Origin: Octopus sinensis
Taxonomy: Eukaryota
Direction of reading: 5' to 3'
Length of the DNA stretch: 64,000 bases
Assembly (NCBI RefSeq): GCF_006345805.1
Contig: NC_043011.1
Span: forward strand, 23,882,464 to 23,946,463
Below are positions 25,800 through 39,669 of the stretch, one piece after another. The notes beneath the pieces are model-generated. The model was not told where the DNA came from, ran no database searches, and saw only the letters and a list, made by a program, of their open reading frames with translations. The stretch's first letter is position 1; every line of letters starts with the position of its first letter. A program made the translations under genes and the position numbers.

Positions 25800-27255
25800 A
25801 ATTCAAGTTCTTATTGAGAGAATTGAAGTCGGTCGCTAACAAAGCAACAAGACTTTTTGAATTAAGGGAGTTCTCCGAGTTTGTAAATATGTGGTTGACT
25901 TGGTGTGTTGGTTAAACTATCGATGCATAAACCCAAGTGTGTACCTCTATTCACATAAGAATCTCACACAGAGAATTTTTGGAATGTCTTACAAATCTTC
26001 ACTGTGCCACAAATAGATTGGATTTAGAGACCCCACGTCAGTTTCTTTTGCTCTTTCTCAGAGAAACTAAGTATTTCAAGGTTTTTGTGCAAATTTGTTG
26101 GTACGTAAACTAATGCACCTATGCAAACGAGAATTCATAGTCAGAGTACAAGAGCTATAAGTTCTGCATTAATTCGTCATAAATGTTCTCTTTTTCTTGG
26201 ACTTTAGATTGCACATTCACATTTGCTTGGCAGCTGACCTCTACAACAGTGTATGGCTTCTGTTCTCTGTCCAACAGAACAATATCAGGTCTGATATATT
26301 TGCACTGAATTGATGTTTTTATTAGGGTTTTCCACCACTATTCTTTGTTTTTAAAGGTATGAATACTGCTGGTTCTGACATGTCTTTGATGGGTATCCCT
26401 TCCTGCGTATAGCAGTGTAATATAGTCTTTGCAACTATATCACACATTAAGGGCAGGTAGTATTTCGTAGACGTTTTGGGAAAGCTGCTGATGATATGGG
26501 TGATATCTTCCACAGTGGTATAGCAGAGCTGACATTTTTTTAGCACAACGTGGAGGTTTGGTGGTATCTCTGTCCCTTTTGTTTATCAGGAATTTAGTAG
26601 CTATCTCCTGTTCCTGAATAGCGAAGGCATATCCTTCTAGGTGGGATGTAATGTATCTGTCGCAGGTCCAGGTGAGACCACCTTTCGTGTCAATGCCGAT
26701 TTTGCTCTCTAGCTTACGCGACATGTACCCATGTATTGCTTTGTGTATTGCTGATGTTTGCTTCTCCTCCAAGCTTCTGTTTAGGTAGACCAGTCCAGCG
26801 TCCTTTGGGTCGCATGAGAGAATTTTATTCTAAGAGTACCTGCACAGTAGTTATCCAACTTTGAAGATGTTGCTCTCACTTTTGAGTATGCATAAAGTAT
26901 ACTCATTTCTTTCTTTACTGTTCAGCATGTGTTGTCTGAGTGATACAATGCGACATTCAAAGGCTGTTTGGAATAGCCTTATGATTCTACTGCCATCATT
27001 TCATCTCACATAAACCCTATCAGTGTCATTGTTGAAATGGAATTTACCGGTGGTTGTCAGTACCTTTTTGATTTTGATGACCAAACTGCATGTCTCATCG
27101 AATGTCCAATCCATTTTCCCAAATCTTGGTACCAGCACTGGTACTGCAAGAACATTGTGAGATATGGTCTTGTTAAATGTTAGATAGCTATGAGTTCCAT
27201 ATTTTCCGGAGTCTACAGAAGTACTCTTTTGTTATTCTGGCTTTAGTCTATAATA
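25800..27255 (-). mobile_element. R4/Dong-like non-LTR retrotransposon, subfamily 2, 3' half
   Basis: Minus strand: late RT (AVPVLVPRFGKMDW), HGYM...AIQEQEIATK, CCHC knuckle (CQLCYTTVEDITHIISSFP), REL (RPDIVLLDRE..VVEVSC) and a 3' UTR shared with 42715-43200. Confidence 0.8.
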
Positions 27256-27264
27256 CGACTCCAA

Positions 27265-27995
27265 TGTATGTATGTATGTATGTATGTATGTATGTATGTA
27301 TGATGTATGTATGTATGTATGTATGTATGTATGTATGCATGTATGTATGTACGTATGTATGTACGTACGGATGTATATATATAAAATACAAAATGGGACA
27401 AGAATACAAAACATCCGGACAACCAGGTGATACAAAAAGGGACAACAAAACATCCAGATAGACGAATCAAAGAAAACAAGGGCGGGTAATTCGAAGTTTT
27501 CTATCTTTCTATGTATGTATGTATGTATGTATGTATGTATGTATGCATGTATGTATGTATGTATGTATGTATGTATGTATGTATGTATGTATGTATGTAT
27601 GTATGCATGCATGTATGTATGTATGTATGTATGTATGTATGTATGTATGTATGTATGTATGCATGCATGCATGTATGTATGTATGTATGTATGTATGTAC
27701 GTATGTATGTATGTATGTATGTATGTATGTATGTATGTATGTATGTATGTATGTACGTACGTACGTATGTACATATATAAAATACAAAATGGGACAAGAA
27801 AGCAAAACATCCGGACAACTAGGTGATACAAAAAGGGACAACAAAACATCCAGATAGACGATACAAAGAAAACAAGGGCGGGTAATTCGAAGTTTTCTAT
27901 CTTTCTATGTATGTATGTATGTATGTTGTATGTATGTATGTATGTATGTATGTATGTATGTATGTATGTATGTATGTATGCATGCATGTATGTAT
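27265..27995 (+). repeat. (TATG)n array containing a tandemly duplicated unit of about 135 bp
   Basis: TATATAAAATACAAAATGGGACAAG...TTCGAAGTTTTCTATCTTTCTA at about 27376-27510 and 27773-27906. Confidence 0.85.
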
Positions 27996-27999
27996 AGTG

Positions 28000-28225
28000 C
28001 ATCGGACAAAATGCTTAGTGGCAAGGTGGTCCTTGGTGACCTGGATTATTTTCGGCATCCCTTTTGTTCTTCTGGAAGCAGATTGTCTCCCGCAAGGGAC
28101 GTAAATATTTTCCCTGTGAGTATGCCAGTTAACATTTTCCATAAGAGGTTAAGACAAACAATGGGTCGGTCATTGCCAACCTCATTGCCCTTTCACCAAT
28201 CTTTCATCAATAATGTTGTCTTTCC
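28000..28225 (-). mobile_element. R4/Dong-like RT domain fragment
   Basis: Minus strand reads NDRPIVCLNLLWKMLTGIL...LLPEEQKGCRK, the early RT motif of REL-type LINEs. Confidence 0.6.
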
Positions 28226-28432
28226 CTCTACAATTCATTCCGGAACTGCATTACTCTGTAGGCAATTGTCCAAATTGCAACGCAATTAGCTTGTGTGTTG
28301 ACCTAAACCACCTGAGCCTCTTAGCCCTGAATTCTGTCTGGTCCTGCTGCTTTCCAGTTTGGCAGTTTATTATTGCTTATCCTCTGCTGTCCATAATGTT
28401 TTTCTTAATGCAAACCCTTGTGGTTAATAAAG

Positions 28433-28434
<2 letters not shown>

Positions 28435-28474
<40 letters not shown>

Positions 28475-28512
28475 CCACCACCATCATCATCATTACCATC
28501 ATCATCATCATC

Positions 28513-28544
<32 letters not shown>

Positions 28545-28605
28545 CACGACCACCACCACCACCACCATCATCATCATTATCATCATCATCATCATCATCA
28601 TCATA
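28435..28605 (+). repeat. Compound triplet microsatellite (ATC/ACC/ACG)n
   Basis: Direct reading. A similar (ATC)n tract lies at 33108-33250. Confidence 0.95.
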
Positions 28606-29179
28606 ATGTGATAAAGTGGAACGTATTTTATTCAATTAATTCTTTTCAAATCCAGTTTGTCGCAAGTACTTAATAAATAAAACTGAATATTTATTACTTT
28701 GTGGATTTTCTACAGGAAGTTACGAGTTCAACAATATTTCCCTTCCTTAGTGAACTTAGGAAGTCCGATCTTCGTCACTTGCAAATCCGAGGAAACAAAC
28801 TCAGCAGAAGTGCGAGGCGCGGAAAAGAAACACTCCTGATAACAATCCTGCAAGATCTCTTAGGACAAAGAAAAAACCAATTAGTTACATTTGATACTAC
28901 GATTGACAAAGATAGAAAGAGAGAGAGAGAGAGAGGAAGGAAGGAAGGAAGAAAGAAAGAGAGGGCTACTCATCATTATCACATCATCATCATCATTATC
29001 AGCAGCAGCAGCATCACCATACAACAAACTTCTCTTATTTCCTCACTTAGTTTTAGGATATTATCAAACGGAAGTGGTCGCTCTCGGAAATGGAGTTGTA
29101 CCAGAGATCTTGGTTTCTAAAACTAATGTCATTTTAGTGCTTACTTCTGTCCTGTGTTTATACATTTTATGATCCTTAT

Positions 29180-29500
29180 TATGGCTCAGTGGTTAGAGCG
29201 TTGGATTCACAATCATGAGGTAGGGAGTTCGATTCTCGGACCGGACTGTGTGTTGTGTTCTTGAGGAAGACAATTTATTTCGCGTTGCTCCACTTCACTC
29301 AGCTGTAGAAATGAGTTGCGACGCCACTGACGCCACTGGTATCAAACTGTATTGGCCTTTGCCTTCCCCTTAGATAACATCGGTGGCGTGGAGAGGGGAG
29401 GTTGGTATTCATGGGCGACTGCTGGTCTTCCATAAACAACCTTGCCCGGACTTGTGCCTCGGAGGGTAACTTTCTAGATACAATCCCATGGTCATTCAGG
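29180..29500 (+). mobile_element. SINE-D (tRNA head plus CORE-like TGTGTTGTGTTCTTGAGGAAGAC domain)
   Basis: GGCTCAGTGGTTAGAGC...GAGTTCGATTCTC head. Shares its core with 47050-47375. Confidence 0.7.
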
Positions 29501-30742
29501 TAACAGTCTTTTATTTTTGTTCGAAGATATTCTGTAATGAATTTTAATATCTCCCTCCTAGTTGGTTATTTGCCTGACTTTTTAGAGAAAATTTTTTTAA
29601 TATTCTTTCTAATTTTGGCACAGGCCCAGCAATTATAATGGGAGGGGACAAGACGATTACATCGACCCCCAGTACTTGACTAGTAATTTATTTTATCGAC
29701 CCCGAGAAAGATGAAAGGCTAAGTCGACCTCGGCGGAATTTGAACTCAGAACCACATGGTTCCAGGTTCAGTCCCACTGTATGGCACCTTGGGCAAGTGT
29801 CTTCTATTGTAGCCTCGGGCCGACCAAAGCCTTGTGAGTGGATTTGGTAGAAGGAAACTGAAAGAAGCCCGTCGTATATATGTATATATATGTATATGTG
29901 TGCGTGTGTGCGTGTGTGTGTGTATTTGTGTGTCTGTGCTTATCTCCCCCAACATCGCTTGACAACCGATGCTGGTGTGTTTACGTCCCCGTAACTTAGC
30001 GGTTCCGCAAATGAGATCGATGGAATAAGTACTACTAGGCTTACAAAGAATAAGTCCTGGGGTCGATTTGCTCGACTAAAGGCAGTGCACCAGCATGGCC
30101 ACAGTCAAATGACTGAAACAAGTAAAAGAGTGAAAGAGTAAGGAGCAGGAAGAAATACCGCTAAGCATTTTATCCAATTCGTTGATGATCTTGCCGCGTC
30201 GCCGTCAGACAATTTCTAAATATAGTAAGACTGTGTTTTCTTTGGTTGTAGTCTGGAGGAAGGAGCTGGGCTTATTGCCTTCGCGGGGCCACGAGGGTTC
30301 CCGAGACGGTTGAGATCAGCGCATGTGAGATTTCATATTTTGAGATCCTGATACTTTTCAATTAATTATCTTCATTAATGCTAATTCGATTATTCTTCAT
30401 ACTATCTAAATATATCCGAAAATAAGTGAAAAAGTAATGCAAACAACAATTGCATTATTTTCTGATTCCCGCTCGTAAGTATCATCATACCAGTGTTTTA
30501 ACACAACGATGCTTCTTGTTAACTACAACAATGTCTGGTTTCTTACTCTATGTTCTACCGTACCATATGATGTTAAAACCAACAGGCGTGCCTGTGGGGT
30601 AAGAAGTTTTCTTCACAACCACATGGTTCCGTATTCAGTTCCACTGCATGGTACCTTGGGAGCAAGTGTCTTCTACAATAGGTTCGGAATGACCAAAGCC
30701 TTTTGAGCGCATTTGTTAGACGGAAACTGAAAGAAGTCCGTC

Positions 30743-30786
<44 letters not shown>

Positions 30787-31149
30787 ATGTGTGTGTGTGT
30801 GTGTGTGTGTGTATCTACATGTGTGTGTGTGCATGTGCATATGTGTTTGTCCCTCATCATCACTTGACAAACGGTGTTGGTGTGTTTACGCCCCCGTAAC
30901 TTAGAAGTTTGGCAAAAGAGACTGATAGAATAAGTACCAGGCTTCATAATAAGGAGTACTAGGGTCGATTCGTTCGACTAAAATTCTTCTAGGCGGTGCC
31001 TCTGTATGGCCATAATCTAATGGCTAAAACAGGTAAAAGATAAAAGATAAAAGAATTGTGATGGAGAAAGACAGGGAAATATCAAGGAAAATAGAAAAGA
31101 ATAGGTAAAAACAAATGAATGAGCCCAGATCAAAGATAACATAGGCAAA

Positions 31150-32750
31150 AGCTGAAAGTCCTCCGTGAAGAGGCAACCACCAGGACTGCTTGAGATTCAG
31201 TGCTTTTCGAACCGCTGACCATAATTTGACGGGTCTTCTTGAGGGAAGACAAGAAGAATACCGTGCTGAGTGAGATGAGGTTCAAATTTATAGAATATCA
31301 AAATGATTGACAATTCGTTGTAAAAGTTCAATAACGGTCTACAAATAGAAAAGGTTCAGCTACCAAAAGCACGCGGGTGTTTTCTCCCCTTGCAGGTTGC
31401 AATTCTCGAAACAGAAAGTGGCCAGAATCGTAGGATTTCAGTATGCTTCTTATGCGTAGTATCTTCAATCCTTTCTGTAAAGCGGTATGCGTGAATTGAG
31501 AAAGACTTGGCCGTTATTTCTAATAGGTTGAGCCGTTTAGAGGCTCTCTGGATGGTTTGTTGCTTATTAGTGGTGGCACTGGAATTGGTGCTGTTGTCAT
31601 TTTTGCTTAGACTCAGGTCAACCAATTTCAAGCTGATCTATAGTCGATGATGTTTCACATTATCCAATATGTCCTTTCGTTTATAAGCCTATAGCATATG
31701 ATTTTAGAGAGATTTAACTGGAATTTCTAGCAAGTAGAGCAATCGTGTAAAGGCTTAAAGTAGAACTCCAAGTGGATAAGAACTGGAACGAAGTTAGGAA
31801 CAATAAGGCCCGTGTCATCCAGTAATGGTCTGAGACAAATCTCTCAATGAAATGTCGGCAGAGGTGGTCAACACTTATTTTGCACCCGTCATTTTTCGTA
31901 CCTTTGATGTTTCAGCTGTAAAATGAAACGTCAGCTCTTTTGCTTCTTGTAGAAGGGATACGTCTCCCTGGAAATAAGGCCCATTTTCCTAAGATTTTGT
32001 GCAGAGGAATCATTATGCCGTGGTTGCTGATGCACAGACACATACCGGGACTGCAGAGTCTACAAAGATTCTTGAACGGCGAAAAAGTGTGGTTGTTATT
32101 TGTCAGACATTATCTTCTTACAGTTCATCGTTTTGACGAAGTTGTAGTTCTGGATCAAAAGAAAACCAGGACTGGACTCTTGGTAATTGGAATTTTGTCA
32201 GGCGCTGTTAGTTTTCTAGTAATCACCAGTGCACTCGGTGACACATCAACGTTTACAATTTAGAAGTTTAGTAGTGGGCAAGATCAACCACGCTCTCCAG
32301 GAGAGACTGCATGGACGAAAATCAGTCTAACAGTCTCTAGAAAGACTTTCAGTCAAGGGCTTTCGAGGTGCACACAGAGCAACAAAACCAATTTCTATGT
32401 GCTTGTTTAGCCTTCAAGTATTGATGACTTGCGGCATTTTGTCGAATAACTGTAGTTGTATAATTGGACGGATCCAGTGAAGAGCTGAGTCCATTATGCG
32501 GATCACCGCTACTTTGAAGGGCAGATATATTTCCACTCTATGATTCCTCTTCAGCCAAACCTCCATCGACTTCAAGTTCCACTTGAAATCCACTTAGAAA
32601 GTGGAGCGTGTATGAAGATGGTGTTTAATCTCCAGTAAATTTGTTCAAGTGTGAGCAGAAGTGGCAAGTAGGGCTGAATGAATTAGGCTGTAGGCCGAAG
32701 TATTGTAGCCGTAATTAAAGATGTCTGTGATTCTCTATGTGGAGCCAGTT
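31150..32750 (-). mobile_element. Highly degraded CR1/L2-like LINE remnant (APE endonuclease to linker/RT)
   Basis: Only scattered weak motif echoes on the minus strand (CASATTA..F, LLQEAK, LLARNSS), with many stops. Confidence 0.3.
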
Positions 32751-33107
32751 TCATCGGGAAACAGAATCAAGGCTTGTAGAATTCAGCAAACACCATAACT
32801 GCCGACATAAATACCGCAATACATATTTTCAACGAAACATTTTTATATATGTCGCTTCCAAACGACATATCCTACAATGTGAAAAAACAAAAAGAAAAAC
32901 AAGAGAAAGAAATGTATCCCTAGTTAATCGACGGAAATAGCCAATCTTATTAAAATTATGGACAAGGTAACAAAAAAAAAACAAAAAAAAACAATAGACA
33001 TAAAACTCAATATCAAATATCTAAACAACGACATAACAAAAAAATAATAAATAAATAAAAAACTATATAATCCACAGAGCAAACAGTAAAACATTATGTA
33101 GGGTAGG

Positions 33108-33187
<80 letters not shown>

Positions 33188-34580
33188 CCATCATTATTGC
33201 CGTCATATCGTCGTCGTTGTCGTCGTCATCGTCATGATCGTCATTATCATCAAGAGGAAGGAGAACAACAACAACTGCATCAAATTTCACGTCACAATAA
33301 GAACTTAACACAATCGTACACAATAAAAAAAAAAAAAACCCAATGTCCGCCATTAGACATATCTCAAAAATCAGCCATCAAAAATCTTGTCAAGAAGAAA
33401 CACAAAACGAAAATTACAGACCTAGAACATATTTTTTTTTTAATCTCTTTCTTCCGTCAAATACCAACAAGTCATAGGAAAATCTAAAAAAACTGAGAAG
33501 TTTCAGGAACTGACAAAATTACAAACATAGACTTAAAACCGCAATTGTGAATGTTTACAAGTACTCGTTCTAAATCTTGAATAAAATCTTTTTAAAATCT
33601 AGACACTTGACTAAAAAATGAAAATGGAGTGATATAATTCGCGGATGTATCACTCTTACGCTCGCCCTCGAAATCGTCATGCCTGGAAAGGCAATCTCTC
33701 CTTTAAAAGAATAGAATAATGCAATTAATTCCAATGAAAATTCGGTGGAATTTGAACACGGAACGTAATGAATAGGAAGAAATTCTGCTAAACATATTTG
33801 TCTGATGAGCCAGCGGTTCTGTTAGCTCGCCGCCTTGGAGGATACAATTAAAAGAAACTGAAGTGATATGGCGAGCATTGTCACTCATCAAATGAAACAA
33901 GACTGGTGAATTGCTTCCATTAAGACCTCAGTAAAATGTAAGCGATTAACAGATCAGACATAATGAGTTGGAATACTGGATGGAATAGTGGCTAGGCTTT
34001 ATGTATAGCAGTGAAAATCAGTTTCCTTGCAGTTGTTAATAAAAGGTTAAAGAATAGTAAGAAAGAAGTAATGAGGAATCTGCAGGTTCCTCAATTGAAA
34101 TACAGCTTTGGGATTATAGTTGTAATTATTGGGGCTCTTGGATACGTAAGTAAATGTCTCAGCATCGGTCTCCAGAAACTGGGCTTCACGAAAGAACGTG
34201 GCAAATCAGGAAATTACAACTACAAACCATCAAAAACTAGTAGCGTAGCAAGGGGTAACCGAGAGAGACGTTCCATCCTTGGTGGCACTTTTGGGCCAAC
34301 TTTACAGCCTGAATAGGGGTTGGAGAGGGGGAAAGGACCAGCGAACTTAATGGCTGACTTTGGGCAGCACACTGCAAAAACGTTTGTGAAAATATGCAAA
34401 AAATTTTTGAATTGCAGCATATAATAAGTATATGTATAAACGTGTAGACATGCATGTATATGTGTATCCATATATCTCAAAACATTCAGATCCACACATG
34501 CAGTGATTTCCGTGCATATGCATGTTTATGCAGACATATATACATGCAACAAGCAAGCACACATGCATACACACTCACTA

Positions 34581-34616
<36 letters not shown>

Positions 34617-35329
34617 ACACACACACACACATATATACACACACACACACACACATCTACTCCTGTGATATTTCAAAACTCCAATGAAATATTCTTGTTT
34701 CTGAGTTTAAACTTGATTCTCCACTGGCGGGAAAGTCAAAAAACATACCTACCTACCAACTAACCTACCTACCTACCTACCTACCTACCTACCTACCTCC
34801 CTCACTCCCTCCCTCCCTACCTACCTACTTACCTACCTACCTACCTACTTACCTACCTATCTACCTACTTACCTACCTACCTACCTACATACATATACAT
34901 ACATATATATATATATGTATATATATACACACACAGACACACATACATCCACACATACACACACGCACGCATGCACACACACACATACATACATGCATAC
35001 GTATACAGACACAAGCATATATACATACATACAATGCCATTCAGGGAAAAGACAGTCGTGGAATAAATATAGAGAATCCCTCTGTTATTGAATATGTACA
35101 CAAATATCAGTACAAGGAACATTCCCATCAAAACATACGTCACGAGTAAGCATAACAGGCAGGATATTCTTGTTTGGGTCAGACAAGAAAAAAGTATGTA
35201 CCATCATAGAGGTCAACTGTCCTGCTGATGTGAATATCTCTTTGAAAATCAAAGAGAAAGAAGATAACTATGAACAACTGCTTTAAAACCTCCATCTTCT
35301 ATAACTGGATTACTAATTTACATTTACGG

Positions 35330-35530
35330 AGATGTACTCGCATAGCAAGTGATTTGATCTGAGATCGTGTGCTGGAACGAAAACAATTGCAGTGTGGAAG
35401 GTGTTTATAAGCCATTTAAGAAACACACAAAAGCCGTTCGATTCACTTCAACATTTAAGTTTAATTTGTCAAAATATTTTCGTCGCTATAAGACCGCGAC
35501 ATATTCACTGACAAAAATCCGTGCTGCATC
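35330..35530. repeat. Dispersed repeat, possibly a PLE pseudo-LTR
   Basis: 35375-35450 recurs inverted at about 42170-42245. Contains a GTCGC..GCGAC hairpin next to GAAA. Confidence 0.4.
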
Positions 35531-35929
35531 TGAGAAAGTAACAGTTAGTTGGTTTTATATATGTACCTATGTATGTGTGTTACATTTATACAAACAATAA
35601 TAGGTGCGCTTGGTTTTGTAAGTAAATGCCTTACTGTCAGTCTGGATAAGCTTGGGTTTTCAGGAAAAGAAATCAGTCGATCGATTTGCACATTACATAT
35701 ACAATGTGTGAGCAGAGCAGTAATACTATGCAAGACTTTGCTCAGGTTTAAAATGTAACTTTGCTTTCGTTAAGTACATTCCAAAAAATGGAGCTTTGTA
35801 TCTTTATTAGAAACCAGCGCCTTCTTCAGAGGAAAAAACAGAAGATGCGTGCATACATACATACATACATACATACATACATACATACATACATACATAC
35901 ATACACACGTACATACAGACGTACGTACA

Positions 35930-36800
35930 TACATATGGAACAAGAAATATCAACCAAAAACCTAATGTGCAAAAGGGATAGAGATTCAGGAAAAGCAATA
36001 AAGTGTGACAACCGATGCAGACTTTGTGGAGTTAACACCGAAGATATTACCCACGCCATAAGCAGTTATCCGAAAATGTCATCATGGCATTATCTAATGA
36101 TGAGGCATGATGTTGTAGCTTGGACACTATAATGAAATCCGTCGGAAGGATAACCCTGGGGATAAAGAAATAAGAACCCACAGTATGGTAGAAGCCATAG
36201 CCACTCGTAAAAAAGATAGAGTACTGGTGGAATGTCCGAGTGAAAATCTCAATAAAATGTAAGCACAACAGACCTGATATAATGATTTGGGATAGAGAAG
36301 AGAAACTGTGTACAGATGTAGAAATTAGCTACCCAGCGGATGTTAACATAAAACTGAAGATCAGTGAAAAAGAGAATATCTACGCTGGACTATTGAGAAA
36401 TCTGCCGTTACTCTCTCCAGGTTACAAGTTCAAGTTTATACCTGTAATTAATGGGGCCCTGGGATATGTAACACACTGCCTAAATACCAATCTTGAGATA
36501 CTAGGCTTCTCAAAACCAGAAAGGAGAAAGCTTATTCGAAAACTACAGATCCAATCCATCACTGGAACTGTAAAAATCTGTAAAACTTTCCAGAAGTTTA
36601 TCATTTAAATATATATGAGCATGTCTAGATATGCAACTATATGCATGAGAATACATACATAAAGCAAAACATACAAATCTGCACACATACATACAAACTA
36701 AAATATCCTGTTGTTCATGTTGAAATTCTAAAGAAGGTGCCTTAGATCTAGGTTAGAAACCGGCTCTTTCTCTATTGGCAAGAAATCTTGAAATAACAAT
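35930..36800 (+). mobile_element. R4/Dong-like subfamily 1, 5'-truncated copy directly 3' of exon 2 (antisense to gene)
   Basis: QEISTK..CDNRCRLCGVNTEDITHAISSYP (CCHC), KHNRPDIMIWDREEK..VEIS (REL), ICKTFQKF*, 3' UTR and a CATA tail. Preceded by (CATA)n at about 35850-35930. Confidence 0.85.
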
Positions 36801-37115
36801 GCCATACATACATAAAATACTTAAGTAAAAAGAACCTCTTCTCAGGAAGACGTTAAGTAATTTTGGTTTAAGATCCAGAATGAAAGGAAAGATTATAATA
36901 AGAAATACAACATGGCTAATTATAATCAGGCAAGAAACCTGTAGCAGTATCAACAGTAAAAGTTATGGAATCGACGCCGAAGCCTTCATTAAAGCTTGGA
37001 AAAGCTGCATGGGTGGTGGTGGTGGTGGAGGGGGTGACACCTGGAAGAGACCTAGTATTTGGATGTGGTATAAGACGTTGACATTCTCAATAATATCAAA
37101 TAAAATCTTACCAAC

Positions 37116-38077
37116 CTGATTATGAGTGTACATTCTACCGGTGGTTGGTCCATCTCTATTCGCAAACCCTTCCAAAAGGTTTCTGAAGCTGTTATTACCA
37201 CTGCGTGTGTCGTACGGTAAAGTGTCATAGTTTTTAACGGACTTCAAGAACTCTACATCCTTCAAAGGAGGAAGTGAGCGATATTCAGGGTTGTTGCCTG
37301 GGCGTCGAATAATCTTCCCACTCGGTGTTGACACGTCGCAGCCTGCACAGCCGCCCAAACTCGGTACGCAATATACAGAGAACTCCGAAAACACAGACAA
37401 AGAATCAAGTGATCCGTTGTTGTTATCAGGTGTATGGCCCATAAAATCGTTGGTGCACACATCACAATTTCTACCTGATTCAGTCCAGTTCCAATAGGGG
37501 AAAGAAAACGTTGGATTCTTCAGGGCTCTTGCTATTTCCATTTCCCAAAGTAGGAGATATGCTCGGTGCCACGAACCGAACCCCGGTCCTCCGTGAGCAA
37601 AATCGGGCACGTAGGCTGCCGTTTGACATTTTTCTATAGGCTGCATAAGTGTCCTCCTAGCCACATAGTAATGGAAATAAGCTAAATAGTTGTACACCGA
37701 TACATTTACAAATGTTGGGTTTACTGCAGGATCCACTGAAGCAGTGGTGTCCAAAACTGCATAATCACTCTCTGTCTCACTCAGCAGTAAAATACCACGA
37801 AGAAGCTCGTCTTTCTCTTCTTTAGTTAATTTCCTGTAATCTTTGCGAATGCGACGAAGTTTTTTGGTGCAATTAGATCCTGTAAATCCATAATCACAGT
37901 GCTGACACATATAACCATCATAGTTACCACGACAGTCACAAGCTTGCTTAAAGAAACGTGTGGGCCAGTTAAAACGATCGTCCATCTTGTTTTCAGGTGG
38001 GACCAGATCAACCTCGTTGTTAAAATCTATTGGCCGGCACAATCCCCGTAATGGACCGCCACATGGAAGTGTATCAC
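37116..38077 (-). CDS. TYR: Tyrosinase-family gene, coding exon 2 (EGF-like domain, CuA, first CuB His)
   Basis: Acceptor ctaatttcag|GT GAT, phase 1 giving G-D-T-L-P-C-G. Encodes DDRFNWPTRFF..CDCRGNYDGYMCQHCDYGFTGSNC, CuA YFHYYV and DFAHGGPGFGSWHRAYLLLWE, then NCDVCTNDFMG, SFRNLLEGF and HNQ. Donor CAG|gttggt, phase 0. Length 962 nt = 2+960. Confidence 0.95.
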
Positions 38078-39619
38078 CTGAAATTAGAAGTTTGAAAAGA
38101 AATAGGTTTCATATGGCTTTAATAGTGAATTCTATTGCAAAATTACAATTCAATGGTGATATAATTTTATTCATTAAAAGTAAAGATAGCAAATAATTTA
38201 ATTTATCAATGAATGGATGACAATAATAATAATGTTAGTTTCTAATATAGGCACAAAACCTAAAAGTTTGTCGTTTCTATTGACCCCAGTACTCGGCAGG
38301 TACTTTATTGAGTTGGTGAGATTTGAACACGGAACGTAAAGAGACCACCACAAAGCATTTTGTCCGACGCTCCTACAATTCTGCTAACCTACTACCCGTC
38401 TAATAATAATCCTTTCTACTATAGACACAGGTGTTGAAACTTCTGGGGGGAGGAGCTAGGGGATTACATCGGCCCCAGTGCTCAACTGGTACTTAATTTA
38501 TCGACCTCTAAAAGATAAAAGGCAAAGTCGACCTTAGCGGTAATTCGTTTGTTTGCTGGCAGGTTGAGGGACGACAGGTATATTACATAAACAAGGTAAA
38601 AAATTATGTGCGTGTGTGTGTGTGTGTGTGTTGTATACAAATACGTGATGCAGTAGGTCCTCAGAGGGGAGAATCTTGTCTTAGGGCCAATCATAACATT
38701 CCACATATCCATAAACATCCTGACGACTATGAGCAAATATCTAATAAAGAAGGCATTCTATTACACGACCAACAATTCCACAAACCGGATACTCCGTTTA
38801 ATAAATTAAAAATGAAGCTGTACCAATCACAGCATAGGAACAGGAATGTCGCGGTATAGGAACAGGAATGTCATGACCATTTAAACTACAAGAAATATTC
38901 ACAATTCCTACAATATAGATGGCAGATGTCACCTATGTGATGTATTTTTCTTAACGATATACCACATTGTATCACAATGTTCACTAGCTTCGACAAAATA
39001 TAAAAGTTACCATGGCAATGTCTAGCCATCCTTTCCAACGGTTTTAAGAAAAAGGTCTATTGTACACATATGAATTACATCCTGTCTCAGAAAATAACAA
39101 AGTGAAAATACTATGGCAGTTTAGCATACAGACAGACCATTAGCCGTTTTGTGGTCTATTTGTATGCTACTAAAATAGTAGAAAATGAGAGTACAACATT
39201 CTCGATGCCAGGTACCTATATTTTGGTCTTCGCTTTATCCGGGACTGTAGCTTCGTCAAGGCATGAGTTGTACCTCACAAGCGGCGGCCACTCCTCGCCA
39301 CCTAGAAGTCTCTGTAGATGTCACACCTTCAGTGCATACATACACCTTATCAACCGCATTATACTGAGCCTTCTGTGCAGCAGGTGCTGAGAGAAGGCGA
39401 ACCTTCTGATCAATGGAATGCATCACTTCCAACAAAGAGCGAAAGAGTGGATGAAAAGGTCAAATGAAAGCTGATGCAGGGCACGATGGTTAGGGGATAA
39501 TAAAAATAGTAGGTGATGTATGTTAGCCTTCTCTGCCTCACCATTCAAAGTATTGGCGCCTGAAATTTTGTCTTCACTATATTACCCTAACCTAACTTCT
39601 CATCTCACCCTTATTCTAT

Positions 39620-39669
<50 letters not shown>

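Noticed and set aside
35470-35525. Hammerhead-like topology TTTGTCA-GTGAATAT-GTCGC..GCGAC-GAAA..TGACAAA (minus strand)
   Set aside because: The core lacks CUGANGA. At most a dead or divergent relic, which cannot be supported by eye.
36963-37115. C-terminal part of the 359-aa ORF (VGKILFDII...PPPPPPPM)
   Set aside because: Read-through into intron 2. Homology stops at HNQ and resumes in exon 3 at 20135.
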